Shown piece after piece: positions 1 through 9,731 of a DNA stretch of 64,000 bases; position 1 is the stretch's first letter, and each line of letters opens with the position of its first letter. Origin of the DNA: Candidatus Hydrogenedentota bacterium (GTDB lineage: Bacteria; Hydrogenedentota; Hydrogenedentia; Hydrogenedentales; SLHB01); the NCBI GenBank assembly GCA_963745075.1, contig CAVUWV010000033.1, forward strand, positions 18,451 to 82,450. Direction: 5' to 3'. The position numbers and the translations under genes are program-made. The notes under the pieces were generated by a model that saw nothing but the letters and a program-made list of their open reading frames with translations, did not search any database and was not told where the DNA came from.

Positions 1-182
1 GGTTCATGGAATTATCACACTTCGCATGAGCGTATGCTTTGCGGACACGTCTGTCAAACCGCCGTCAGCTCTTGAACCGGTGTTCGACTCGCTCTATGGT
101 ATCGGAACGTTCGTTCGGGCGTATCCCAAGATAGACCGAATGCTACGCTCAATTCTTTTGGGGATTATTCACGAGGATTTCT

Positions 183-1118
183 ATGACGGGCCGACATCAC
201 GATCCGGCCGCGCTGCCGGCCGCATTGGCCGCGGTCGTATGCTATGGCGCGACGCCGGTATTTCTGCGCATGTTCATCCACGATCTCGATTCGTGGACCG
301 TGAACGGAGTGCGCTACACGGTCGGCGCGCTGATTTGGCTGCCGTTTGTCGTTGCGTTGCTGCGGGACAAGCAATCGGACAGTCACATTCGGCCGCGCAG
401 CGGCGTGTGGCGGGCGGCCTTGATACCAACGGCCATCAATCTGGTGGGGCAGACCGGTTGGGCCGTCACGCCGTATTACCTCGAAGCCAGCGTGATCGGC
501 TTTGCCTACAAGCTGCACTTTCTGTTCACGATCATTTTCGGATTCATCCTGATTCGCGAGGAACGGCCGGTCGTACGCAATCCGTGGTTCATTGCCGGTT
601 CGGTGGTGTGCGTCGGCGGAGTGGCGGCGATGTTTCTCCGGGATATTCGTTTGGACAGCGCGCAGCCGATGATCGGGATGACCATCCTGCTGGGCACGAC
701 CGTGCTTTTCGGCGCCTATGCGGTCGCGGTTCGGCGGTGTATGGCGGGATTCCCGGCGCGACTCAGTTTCGGTGTCATCAGCCTGTACACGGCAAGCGGC
801 CTGATCGTGTTGATGTTCACGTTTGGCAACTACGGCGACTTGGCGAATGTGCCATCGTCGAAGCTTGCGCTGGTCTCGCTCTCCGCCGTTACCGGTATCG
901 CGTTTGCCCACGTGCTTTATTACCGCGCCATCCAGGGTATGGGCGCTATCGTGTCCACGGGGCTGCAAATGGCCACCCCGTTTGTTACGCTGCTCGGCGC
1001 CATGCTGATTCTGTCCGAGCGCATGACCTTTACGCAGGGCACGGGCGGTCTCATGGTTGTCGCGGGCGGCGTCATGCTCGTGGTGGCGCAAAGCCGCGTT
1101 CGCTCGGGCGGCCCCTAA
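183..1118 (+). CDS. DMT/EamA family transporter
   Basis: 311 aa, about 10 hydrophobic segments in two EamA-like repeats. Confidence 0.85.
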   Translation: MTGRHHDPAALPAALAAVVCYGATPVFLRMFIHDLDSWTVNGVRYTVGALIWLPFVVALLRDKQSDSHIRPRSGVWRAALIPTAINLVGQTGWAVTPYYLEASVIGFAYKLHFLFTIIFGFILIREERPVVRNPWFIAGSVVCVGGVAAMFLRDIRLDSAQPMIGMTILLGTTVLFGAYAVAVRRCMAGFPARLSFGVISLYTASGLIVLMFTFGNYGDLANVPSSKLALVSLSAVTGIAFAHVLYYRAIQGMGAIVSTGLQMATPFVTLLGAMLILSERMTFTQGTGGLMVVAGGVMLVVAQSRVRSGGP

Positions 1119-1177
1119 TTCGGAAGTCGACGAAATGGTTCGAAACTTGGTTTGCGTTGAGGCTTCGATCGGCCGGT

Positions 1178-1345
1178 AAGAACATCCCCCTTGATCCCCC
1201 TTCAAAGGGGGAGCTTCGCGCAACACTTCGCGTTGCGACGTGGCTCTGGGAATGGCCTTGGTTCAGGGTCAGTCATGACGCTATTGGCGATAGATTCACC
1301 TGGGCACGCTTCCCCCTTTGAAAGGGGATCAAGGGGGGTGTTCTT
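1178..1345. mobile_element. MITE/REPIN-like element family A, copy 1
   Basis: About 37-bp terminal inverted repeats: aagaacatcccccttgatcccccttcaaagggggagc at 1178-1214 and its near-complement at 1308-1345; homologous copy at 16648-16812. Confidence 0.8.
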
Positions 1346-1456
1346 CGGGCGCCAACAAGCCCGTGCGCGATACTGCTCGCGTCACACGCGAGAACTGCCT
1401 TGCAGCGTGTATTCTCACAGCGGGGCGGTTTGCGTCCACACTCTCGAACTATCCCT

Positions 1457-3568
1457 TTACGCGATTCCGCCGGATCTGGAACGTTTTCGGTATTGATACA
1501 AACCTGCGGCGGCAATCATCGCAGCAAGCAATATCAGCGCCCATGCATCTAGCGTGGGAAGGGCTTTCCCGTTGTTGATGGGGTCGGTGGCGGAGTCCAT
1601 AAACTGGTTGATATCGCCGCCGATCGAGACGACGTTTTGATATTCCTGCTGGTTGTTCACCCCATCGCCATCCAGATCCCCCTGACCGGAGAAGACTTCC
1701 GTCGGCGACTTCGAAATGGTGAATGACGTATACACTCCCGCCAGCGCGTATTGTGCGGACCATAAGGCAATCATGTCCTGGGACGTTACCATCAGTGCGG
1801 CGAGGGCGTGCTGATACGGCGCGAACTGACCGGCGTAGTTGGATTCGCCCTGAAGCTCCGCGATGGTCTGTTCGTAGAGCGAGAGAACCAGATTCGAGTA
1901 GGGGTGGGTCCGCACGCTGAGCACGTAGGCGACCAGGCCCATCTGGAACCGGTCCGGCAACCCGTCCCCGTCGAGGTCGGCCGTCAGGTAATCGTGCCCG
2001 ATGGAGGAGTAGAGCGCTTGCATTTCCTGATCGAACAGGCTGAGATAGTGAACCTGGATCGTGCCGGGGTCAATTTTCACCATGTAGGATTCCCCGGTGT
2101 TGATGCCATCGCCGCCGAACACGCTGTCGGCCGCGCCGGGTGTCAGGGGAAAGTTAGATGATTTCGTTCGGCCTCCCAGGTAGACGTTGCCGAGGCTGTC
2201 CACGGCCACGTGGCCTTCGGGTTCGTCGCTGCTGCCACCAACGTAGGAACAATACACGAGGCTTCCCAGGGCCGGACTGATTTGCGCGAGCCACGCGTCA
2301 GCCGTTCCGCCTTGATAGGAACTCAGAAATGACAGGGAGTTGGTCGGCAGCATGGTGGCGTCGGTTTCGCCCGCGATCCAGATGTTCCCGTCCGCATCAC
2401 GTTCGAGACTCAACACGATGTTCGAGCCGGTACCACCTGTCTTGCCAAATAGCGTTGACCCCACTAAGGAACTGCCGTCGGCGCTTAGGCGCGTGATAAA
2501 GCCATCGCCACCGGTCGAAATCGTCTGGTACGCGCCCGGCGTGGTGGGGTAGTCCGCGCTGCTCGTCGCGCCGGCCACGTAAAGGTCGCCGGACCCGTCC
2601 AGGACCATGTCCCAGGCCCAGTCTTTACTGGCTCCGCCAATGACCGTGGAGTAGACCAGGCTGGTGCCCTCGGCGTTCAGGCGTAACGCGAAGACGTTGC
2701 GTTCGCCATTCGGGGATTCGTCATAGGCGCCAGGTGTGGTGGGAAAGTCGGAGGAGAAAGTAAAACCGGTTACGTAGGCTTCGCCGGCCGAGTTCACGGC
2801 CAACGACATGCCCTGATCGCGATCGGACCCGCCGACGTATGTGGAATAGACAATGTCGCTGCCATCCGGCAGAAACTTTGTGATGAACACATCACGCGAG
2901 GCGTTGCCGACTCCTAAGGGTCCGTTGTGGGTTGTGTCATAGGCGCCGGGAGTCGTCGGAAAGTCGTTGGACTCCGTCAATCCGGTGACGTAGATGTTTC
3001 CGTCGGGGTCGAGGCCGATGCGGGTTTTTTCCCAGCTTTCTTCGTTGGCGCTGCCGCCGAGGAAGGTGGAGAAAAGAAGTGTTGATCCGTCCGCACTGAG
3101 TTTGACCAGGAAAGAATCGGACCCTCCATTGTGGGTCGTGTCGTAGGCGCCTGCCGTGGTCGGAAAACTGGGCGAGGCGGTCAGGCCCAGCACGATCACT
3201 TCACCGCTGGCATTGACATAGATGCCGTCCGGCTCTTCATCGCCGGGTCCGCCGAGAAAGGTCGAATAGATGAGTTGCCCTGTGACCCCGTCCAGTTTTG
3301 CGATCCACGTGTCGCCGCCGTACTCCGCGGCCGTTCCGCCGTTGAACGTCGTGTCATAGGCGCCTGGCGTCGTCGGAAAATCCGCGGACTGCGTCGTGCC
3401 ACAGATGTAAATGTCGCCATTACTGTCGGCAACCAAATCCTGATTGATGTCGCCCAGACTGCCGCCAAGGTACGTACTCCAGATGAGCGAGCCGGGGTCA
3501 TCGGCAATTGCACCCAAGCTGAAAGCGACTGCCACAATGATTGCACCACACCAATGCACCGTCTTCAT
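1457..3568 (-). CDS. Secreted SBBP (beta-propeller) repeat protein with IPTL-CTERM-like anchor
   Basis: Signal peptide MKTVHWCGAIIVAVAFSLGAIA; repeated YSTFLGG..D..G.T.S.DFPTTPGAYD units; DLDGDG motifs; tail LPTLDAWALILLAAMIAAAGLYQYRKRSRS; ATG at 3568 with ggaaggga RBS. Confidence 0.85.
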   Translation of the reverse strand: MKTVHWCGAIIVAVAFSLGAIADDPGSLIWSTYLGGSLGDINQDLVADSNGDIYICGTTQSADFPTTPGAYDTTFNGGTAAEYGGDTWIAKLDGVTGQLIYSTFLGGPGDEEPDGIYVNASGEVIVLGLTASPSFPTTAGAYDTTHNGGSDSFLVKLSADGSTLLFSTFLGGSANEESWEKTRIGLDPDGNIYVTGLTESNDFPTTPGAYDTTHNGPLGVGNASRDVFITKFLPDGSDIVYSTYVGGSDRDQGMSLAVNSAGEAYVTGFTFSSDFPTTPGAYDESPNGERNVFALRLNAEGTSLVYSTVIGGASKDWAWDMVLDGSGDLYVAGATSSADYPTTPGAYQTISTGGDGFITRLSADGSSLVGSTLFGKTGGTGSNIVLSLERDADGNIWIAGETDATMLPTNSLSFLSSYQGGTADAWLAQISPALGSLVYCSYVGGSSDEPEGHVAVDSLGNVYLGGRTKSSNFPLTPGAADSVFGGDGINTGESYMVKIDPGTIQVHYLSLFDQEMQALYSSIGHDYLTADLDGDGLPDRFQMGLVAYVLSVRTHPYSNLVLSLYEQTIAELQGESNYAGQFAPYQHALAALMVTSQDMIALWSAQYALAGVYTSFTISKSPTEVFSGQGDLDGDGVNNQQEYQNVVSIGGDINQFMDSATDPINNGKALPTLDAWALILLAAMIAAAGLYQYRKRSRSGGIA

Positions 3569-3760
3569 GGATTGCGCTCCCTTCCGAGAAGTTGAACGAA
3601 TGTTGCACCCCACCACCGTAGAGTAGCACGTGCCGCGGCAATTGGGAAGGAAGAAGCGGGAGGGATTGGACAGACTGGGTGGAAATACTGTTGTTACTGG
3701 AGAAACTTCGCTAGCGTCCTGAGTTTGAGATACCTTCCAAATATGATCCAAACACTTCAG

Positions 3761-3910
3761 GAAACATTCCCCTTAATCCCCCCCTTCAAAGGGGGAGCGG
3801 CCGGATCGAATCCACTGGCGTTTTTGCAGGTTCTCGGCCAACTCTGGATTCCTCTCCCGGAGCACCAATCGAAGCGTCGGCCTTTGTCGGGTCCGTCTTC
3901 AAAGGGGACT
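3761..3910. repeat. Family A repeat, partial/degenerate copy
   Basis: gaaacattccccttaatcccccccttcaaagggggagc at 3761-3798 and a half-site cttcaaaggggact near 3897-3910. Confidence 0.65.
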
Positions 3911-3962
3911 TTACGCTACCCGTTTCGCATCAATGTTGAGAAGGAATTTGGAATTCAGAATA

Positions 3963-4691
3963 CTAATGTTTCGCGCGCGGGCCCAAATGTCCCAGTTCGT
4001 ACAGCACCAGACTGGTTCCCACGATGGCCGCAACCTCGGTTCGGAAGGTTGTTTCCCCGAATGAGACAGGGATGGCGCCGACATCAAGGGCTTGCTTCAG
4101 TTCGTCGTCGCTGAAATCGCCTTCCGGACCGATCAGAAGCGTAACGTGAGAGTCTTGCAGGGAACTGGAAAGCGACTGGGGTGCGGCATCCTTTGTCGCA
4201 ATCAGCAGAGGGCCATCCGCACGCGACAGTGCCTGCTCCAATGAATCGGCGACGTCAAAGGTGGGGAGCCATCGCCGGCCGCATTGTTTGCAGGATTCGA
4301 TCGCCAGTCGTTCCCACTTATCGGACAGGCGCGGCTTCCGTTCCGACCGTTTGGCCCGGAAGAAGACAAACCGGTCCAGACCGATCTCGGTACAGCGGCG
4401 TATCACTTCCTCAAGCGATTTGTCGCGGTGTAGCCACCCCATGATGAGCGTCACTTGGGCCGCCGGGCGAGGGACATGGTTTTCGTCGGTCAACTGGATC
4501 GTTACGTCACGCCGAGACACGGTCTGGACTTCGCCGTTCCAGGAATGGCCTTGTCCGTCGATCACCTCGACGCGTTCGCCGGGACGTAGGCGAACGACGT
4601 GAATGGCATGGTGGGCTTCTTCATCGCGCAGGATGGCAAGCGACGGATTTCCACTCTCCGGAGAAGCGAAGAACCGATGTCGATGCGGCAT
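3963..4691 (-). CDS. rsmE: 16S rRNA m3U1498 methyltransferase
   Basis: HHAIHVVRLRPGE, ESCKQCGR, LLIGPEGDFS, FRTEVAAI SPOUT motifs. Confidence 0.92.
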   Translation of the reverse strand: MPHRHRFFASPESGNPSLAILRDEEAHHAIHVVRLRPGERVEVIDGQGHSWNGEVQTVSRRDVTIQLTDENHVPRPAAQVTLIMGWLHRDKSLEEVIRRCTEIGLDRFVFFRAKRSERKPRLSDKWERLAIESCKQCGRRWLPTFDVADSLEQALSRADGPLLIATKDAAPQSLSSSLQDSHVTLLIGPEGDFSDDELKQALDVGAIPVSFGETTFRTEVAAIVGTSLVLYELGHLGPRAKH

Positions 4692-4732
4692 TTGCGAGAG
4701 TCCCCGATTCGGCGTACGTCGCCTGGATTGTA

Positions 4733-4767
4733 ACAAAGAAAGGGGCCTTCGTCCTGGAACGAAGGCC
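4733..4767 (-). terminator. Rho-independent terminator after DUF3299 gene
   Basis: Stem ggccttcgt/acgaaggcc followed on the minus strand by cctttctttgtt. Confidence 0.6.
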
Positions 4768-4796
4768 GCCGCGATGTCTGGGTCTGAAAGAAAGGA

Positions 4797-5489
4797 CTAT
4801 TTATCCGGTGCGGTTTCCGACTTATCCGGTTTGGGGAGTTCCGTTGGTGGAAGCAGTTTTTCTTTTTCCATTGCGGGCTGTTGACCGGGGTGGTCCTCCA
4901 CTTTCAGCAGATCGCTTCCCATGGTTTCGCCTTCTTGGCGATGCTGTTGGCCGTAATGCTTCTCGTGGGTTTCCCCCATTGTTTTACGGGTCGCGTCCTC
5001 GAGGGTGTAAAAGAAATTCTCTCCGGTTCCCGAGTTCAAAACGAGCCGGCCTGTCATCATCACCGGTTCTTCCACGAGATTTACGGCTTCGCCTTTGGTC
5101 ATCTTGACCAGCATCACGTCCCGCAACGGGGGCGCTTGGCAGAAGTAGCATTCGATGGGAAGGGGGAGGAGCATAAAGTGGGTTGCCTCGCGAAACTGGT
5201 CGATCGGTGTCATAAATCCCATCAAATGAACTAGTTGGCCATTCTTTGGCTGAAGTTCTTCGGCGTATTTCGCACCGCTGCGGACGGATCCCTTCGTTTT
5301 GCGAAGGACGCCCCAGTCCAACAATTCGGTGCCTTTGTCCGTAGCTTCTTGTTCGTAGGCGCGGCGCAGCGCGTCGAACTTCTCTTGCAAGCCTTCTAGC
5401 CGCATGTAGATATTGACGCCTACAACACCGGACAGGATTATGACCACGCCGATGATGGTTCCCAAATCTCTCACAACACGTCGTCTCAC
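4797..5489 (-). CDS. DUF3299 domain protein (ZrgD-like)
   Basis: N-terminal TM; GFMTPID..HFMLLPLPIECYFCQAPP..PVMMTGRL. Confidence 0.75.
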   Translation of the reverse strand: MRRRVVRDLGTIIGVVIILSGVVGVNIYMRLEGLQEKFDALRRAYEQEATDKGTELLDWGVLRKTKGSVRSGAKYAEELQPKNGQLVHLMGFMTPIDQFREATHFMLLPLPIECYFCQAPPLRDVMLVKMTKGEAVNLVEEPVMMTGRLVLNSGTGENFFYTLEDATRKTMGETHEKHYGQQHRQEGETMGSDLLKVEDHPGQQPAMEKEKLLPPTELPKPDKSETAPDK

Positions 5490-5626
5490 GAAATCAGCCT
5501 CCAGTTGAAAAAACCGCCAAATACTATAGCATATTTCCTGCCATCAGTGACCAGCGTTGGGTTCGGTTTGGTTTCACCGGGGATGCCGGTCCGCATCGCT
5601 TCTGGAACACGCTTCTTGTCAAGTGG

Positions 5627-6952
5627 TTATGGCTCGGAAAGGTCGCGAGCCACGTCGGTGCGGTAGGCCTGAATCGCGGGGACGATCCCCGCGAACATGC
5701 CCATCAACAGTACGGCTGAATACGCCGACACCATGTCCGGACTGGGCCGGAATACGGAGATGGCGAACCCGTACCGGTCGGTGAGGTATCCACTCAACAC
5801 ATAGGTAAGGCCGGTCCCGACGGCCCATCCGGCCACGATGCCCAACAGCGTAACCCAGAACGCTTCGATTAGTACGGCGCCCATGATCTCACCTGCAGCG
5901 GCGCCCAGTGCCCGCATGATCGCGAGATCCCGTTTCCGCTGAATGATCGACAGGTACAGGCCGATCAAGATGGAAATCGAAGAAATCACCACCACCAGAT
6001 ATCCAATGGCCAGCAAGACCTGCCGGACGGGTCCGAGGAACTGGTTGTAAAGGGTTTGGATTGCTACGACGGGAATCGCGGCCACGATATTGGGTAGCTC
6101 TTTCGATATGCGCCGCAAGAAATCGAAGCGCATGCCGGGACTTTCGAGCACGATCAGCACCGCCGTCACTTCCTTTTCTTCATGCTCGTCGTGATGGTCG
6201 TCGGCGTCGGCGTTCGTGTTGCCAACTGATTCGTTTGCCAGTTCCGAAACGGAAGCGCCCCCCGTTAAGCTTGATGTGCCGTATTCATGCTGGTGGACGT
6301 CCCAAATCGAATCGAGCGAGCAGAAGACGACCCGGTCGTTCGGGGTGCCGGAAGGTTGCAGGATGCCAACCACGGTATATGGGGAATCCGCGTGCGACTC
6401 GACGCCGGCGGCCGAACTCAAGCCGTGGGTGCTTATGAAGGTGTCCCCGACCCGCAATCCCGAGGTCTTCGCCACCTCGCTACCGAGCACGGCTTCGAGG
6501 GGCTTTTCAAAAAAGCGGCCCCCTTCCGATCCTTGTACTAATTTGTACGTATTGCGTGCCTGGCCCGTAATCCGATTGGTCCAGTCGTGATTAAAGAGGT
6601 CCGTCGTCGTGCCCACGATACGGTACCCGTGAAAGGAATCGCCGAGCGCAATGGGAAAGGCAGCCGACACGTCGGGGTCGGCCTTCAATCGCGTGTACAC
6701 GTCGTAGGGGATGTTCCCGGCAGGTTGGCCGATAAAGAACACCGCGCTGAGCACCAACTGTTCCGAGCTTCCTTCGGCGCCGACGGCGATGTCGAAAGCC
6801 TGGCCCTCTTCCACGAAACGCCGCTCGGTCTCTTCGCGAAGCAATAGCACGGACGTAATCAGTCCCACTCCGAGTGAAACGGAAACAATCGTAAGAATCG
6901 TGGTCAGTTTCCGATTCCAGAGATAGTTCCACGCGATGTGCCAGATGGTCAT
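5627..6952 (-). CDS. ABC transporter permease, FtsX/MacB type (ZrgC-like)
   Basis: VGAEGSSEQLVLSAVF, PIALGDSFHGYRIVGT, QRKRDLAIMRALGA; His/acid-rich loop DDHHDEHEEKE. Confidence 0.88.
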   Translation of the reverse strand: MTIWHIAWNYLWNRKLTTILTIVSVSLGVGLITSVLLLREETERRFVEEGQAFDIAVGAEGSSEQLVLSAVFFIGQPAGNIPYDVYTRLKADPDVSAAFPIALGDSFHGYRIVGTTTDLFNHDWTNRITGQARNTYKLVQGSEGGRFFEKPLEAVLGSEVAKTSGLRVGDTFISTHGLSSAAGVESHADSPYTVVGILQPSGTPNDRVVFCSLDSIWDVHQHEYGTSSLTGGASVSELANESVGNTNADADDHHDEHEEKEVTAVLIVLESPGMRFDFLRRISKELPNIVAAIPVVAIQTLYNQFLGPVRQVLLAIGYLVVVISSISILIGLYLSIIQRKRDLAIMRALGAAAGEIMGAVLIEAFWVTLLGIVAGWAVGTGLTYVLSGYLTDRYGFAISVFRPSPDMVSAYSAVLLMGMFAGIVPAIQAYRTDVARDLSEP

Positions 6953-7611
6953 GACGCCACCTCCCGCGCCAGGCCGGTGCAGTCGAATCGTTCCGGCAGA
7001 CGCGCCGCAATCTCGGCGTCATGGGTGACGAGCAGCAGCGTAAGGCTCTCTTCTTGGCATAATTCGAGGAGCAACTCCATCACTGTATTCGAGGTCTTGG
7101 GGTCCAGGCTTCCCGTCGGCTCGTCGGCCACGATGAGCTTTTGTTTGTTGGCCAAGGCCCGCGCGATGGCGACGCGTTGCCGTTCACCCACACTCATGGT
7201 CGTGGGGCGATTGTGCATGCGATGCCCCAACCCGACGCGTTCCAGCAATTCCCTCGCGTGAGGGCGCCATTCCTTGTGGGGCCGGGTATCGGAGAACCGC
7301 ATGCCGAGCATGACGTTTTGCAGCGCGGTGAAAGGTCCGAGCAAGTTAAATGTCTGGAAGACGAATCCAAAGTGTTCGCCTCGGAACCGATCCAGTTGTC
7401 CGTGCCGGAGCGTAGTGGTGTCGACGCCGTCGACTTCGATACGGCCCGAATCGGGGCGCAGGAGACCGGTAATCAGATTGAGCATCGTGCTCTTGCCGCA
7501 ACCGCTAGGGCCCCAGAGCGCCATCTGGATGCCCGGGGGCGCGTGGAAGTGTTCGCAAAGAAACTCGACACCGGGCCCGAGCCGGCGCCGGCAATTCTCC
7601 ATCGTAACCAT
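6949..7611 (-). CDS. ABC transporter ATP-binding protein (LolD-like)
   Basis: Walker A GPSGCGKST, signature MSVGERQRV, ADEPTGSLD; 4-bp overlap with permease. Confidence 0.92.
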   Translation of the reverse strand: MVTMENCRRRLGPGVEFLCEHFHAPPGIQMALWGPSGCGKSTMLNLITGLLRPDSGRIEVDGVDTTTLRHGQLDRFRGEHFGFVFQTFNLLGPFTALQNVMLGMRFSDTRPHKEWRPHARELLERVGLGHRMHNRPTTMSVGERQRVAIARALANKQKLIVADEPTGSLDPKTSNTVMELLLELCQEESLTLLLVTHDAEIAARLPERFDCTGLAREVAS

Positions 7612-7786
7612 GTTGGTACTCCGTCCGGAGGGATACTACGTCGAGCAGCCAGATTCAAAGGGTATGAATTCGGCGCCGCCCTTGTCAATTCGACCGCAGG
7701 GTTTTACATGCGCCGCGCCGCTGTGCTAAAACCGGCCCGCCGCTATGGGGACCGGTATCGCGCCCCCGCAACGCCAGGAAGGCTCC

Positions 7787-8707
7787 ATGAACGTAACCCT
7801 CGGCATTAACACGGGTTTTGCTATAAATCGATACCCCGAGCCGGACGACTGGGTCGGCGTGGTCGCCGATGAGCTGGGTTTGCACAACGTCCAGTTCACC
7901 GCCGACCTGTTGAATCCGTTTCTCCCCGAAGATCTCGTGCGTCGCGAGGCAGACCACATCCGCACCCTGTGCGACAAGAAGTCTATTCGTATGCAGACCA
8001 CATTTACGTCAGCGTTCACGCGTGTGAACCATCTCATGCACCCGAATCTCGAGATGCAACGGGTGTGGATCGACTGGTTCAAACGGTTTTTTCGGTTGTC
8101 GCGCGACCTTGGCGCGGAAGGCGCGGGCAGCCATTTCGGCATCATGTCGGTTCGGGACAACGCCGACCCGGCCATGCGGGAACAGCGAATTCAGCAGGCG
8201 GTGGATGCCTGGCGCGAACTTTCCGAGTACGGCGCGGGCATCGGTCTCGAATACATGATCTTCGAGCCCATGTCGATTCCGCGCGAAGTGGCGGAGACGA
8301 TCCCCGCGACCAGGGACGTCATGCAGCGTTGCGCGGAGAACTTCGCCATTCCGATGTTGCTGTGTCTCGATGTGGATCACGGCGACCTCCAGTCGAGGGA
8401 TCCCGACGACACCGATCCCCACGCCTGGATTCGCGCATTTGGCACGGTGTCGCCCTGCATCCACATCAAGCAGAGCCTTCGCGACAAGGGCGGCCACTAT
8501 CCCTTCACGGCAGAATATAATGCACGGGGCAAGATCATCCCGGAAGAGATTTTGAATACGATGCGCGAGGCGGGCGTAGAGAAGTGCACGCTTTTGCTGG
8601 AAATCAGCCACCGGGAGCGTTGGCCGAGCGACTACACCGTCGTGTCGGATCTGAAGGAATCGGTCGAGTTTTGGCGTCCGGCAGTCGAAGCCGCAAACGC
8701 CGGCTGA
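7787..8707 (+). CDS. eryC: EryC-like D-erythrulose-1-phosphate 3-epimerase (xylose isomerase-like TIM barrel)
   Basis: NRYPEPDD, FEPMSIPREVAETI, DVDHGD, HIKQSLRDKGGHYPFTAEYN resemble Brucella EryC as recalled. Confidence 0.7.
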   Translation: MNVTLGINTGFAINRYPEPDDWVGVVADELGLHNVQFTADLLNPFLPEDLVRREADHIRTLCDKKSIRMQTTFTSAFTRVNHLMHPNLEMQRVWIDWFKRFFRLSRDLGAEGAGSHFGIMSVRDNADPAMREQRIQQAVDAWRELSEYGAGIGLEYMIFEPMSIPREVAETIPATRDVMQRCAENFAIPMLLCLDVDHGDLQSRDPDDTDPHAWIRAFGTVSPCIHIKQSLRDKGGHYPFTAEYNARGKIIPEEILNTMREAGVEKCTLLLEISHRERWPSDYTVVSDLKESVEFWRPAVEAANAG

Positions 8708-8797
8708 GAGCCAGTCGGCCCCTGTTAGCGCGTTTCCATTGAATTTGTACGTCACCAAAGACCAACGGCCGATACGTTCAACGGAGACGGACCAAAA

Positions 8798-8830
8798 AAA
8801 GTAGACGCGGCTGGAAGCCGCGTCTACTTT
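8798..8830. repeat. GTAG-type palindrome (REP-like / bidirectional terminator)
   Basis: aaagtagacgcggct-gga-agccgcgtctacttt, a perfect 15-bp stem between convergent genes. Confidence 0.7.
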
Positions 8831-8875
8831 GGCTACCGGGATTGAGAATCTCCACCCCCAATAAAGTGAATCGCG

Positions 8876-9731
8876 CTACTCGTTCGTGTGATCCATATGA
8901 TCCATAGCCCCCATCACGTCCACCACTTCCGGCCAAGGATGGCCCCGGACCACGGCAACATTCTCTCCGCGCGGCGCCCAGATCGTCGGGTCTGTCGGGC
9001 CGAAGATCGCCACGGTTCGGCATCCGCAGGCTGCAGCCAGATGCGTCGCGCCGCTGTCGTTGCCGATGTAGACCCGTTGAGCCCAGTTCCCGCGCAAGCG
9101 AGACGACCACGGATGTATCCACCAGGCGCGCGTCCGCAGGAAGTCGCAGATCCTCTTCGGCCGGTCCCCGGACCCACTCGACCGTGCGTCCCGCTTCGGT
9201 CAACCGTTGCGCCAACTCACGATAGCGGTCCAAGGGCCAATTCTTGCGCGCGCCGCCGCTGCCGGGGTGGATGACGACGTCATGCGGGTCGTCGCCTGGC
9301 TCGATGGGAAGCCGAAACGGCGGCAGATTGCCCAAGCCCAGTTGCTCCGCATAGTACTCCGACGCGTGCCGTTGCCAATCCTTGGGTGGTAGCCCCGGAT
9401 AGATTTGGATTTCTGGAACGCCGCATCGTTCCAGGCCGTTGCGGATGGCCCCATCGTCGTTCATCCAAACAATCGCGCGGTCAAATTGTCCGAGGAATCG
9501 GCGCAACCTTTCGTTCGATTCGGCGAACAGAGAGTCGAACCCGATGTCATCGAGGTGGTGGGCGTCCGTCGCGATATCGGAGATAACGGCCAGATTCAGC
9601 CGCTCCCGATACCCCGCAAGCACGACCGGCCCCTCTTCTCGAATGCGCAGCAGTGACGGGCAGAACAGCAGAAAGTCGCCGATTCCGCCCGTGTGCACGA
9701 CAAGCGTTCTGGTATCGATCGTGGGGCTCAT
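8876..9731 (-). CDS. Glycosyltransferase family 9 (heptosyltransferase-like), frameshifted near 9083
   Basis: HTGGIGDFLL and IHPGSGGARKNWP in one frame; YIGNDSGATHLAAACG..FGPTDP..WAP in another. Confidence 0.8.
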
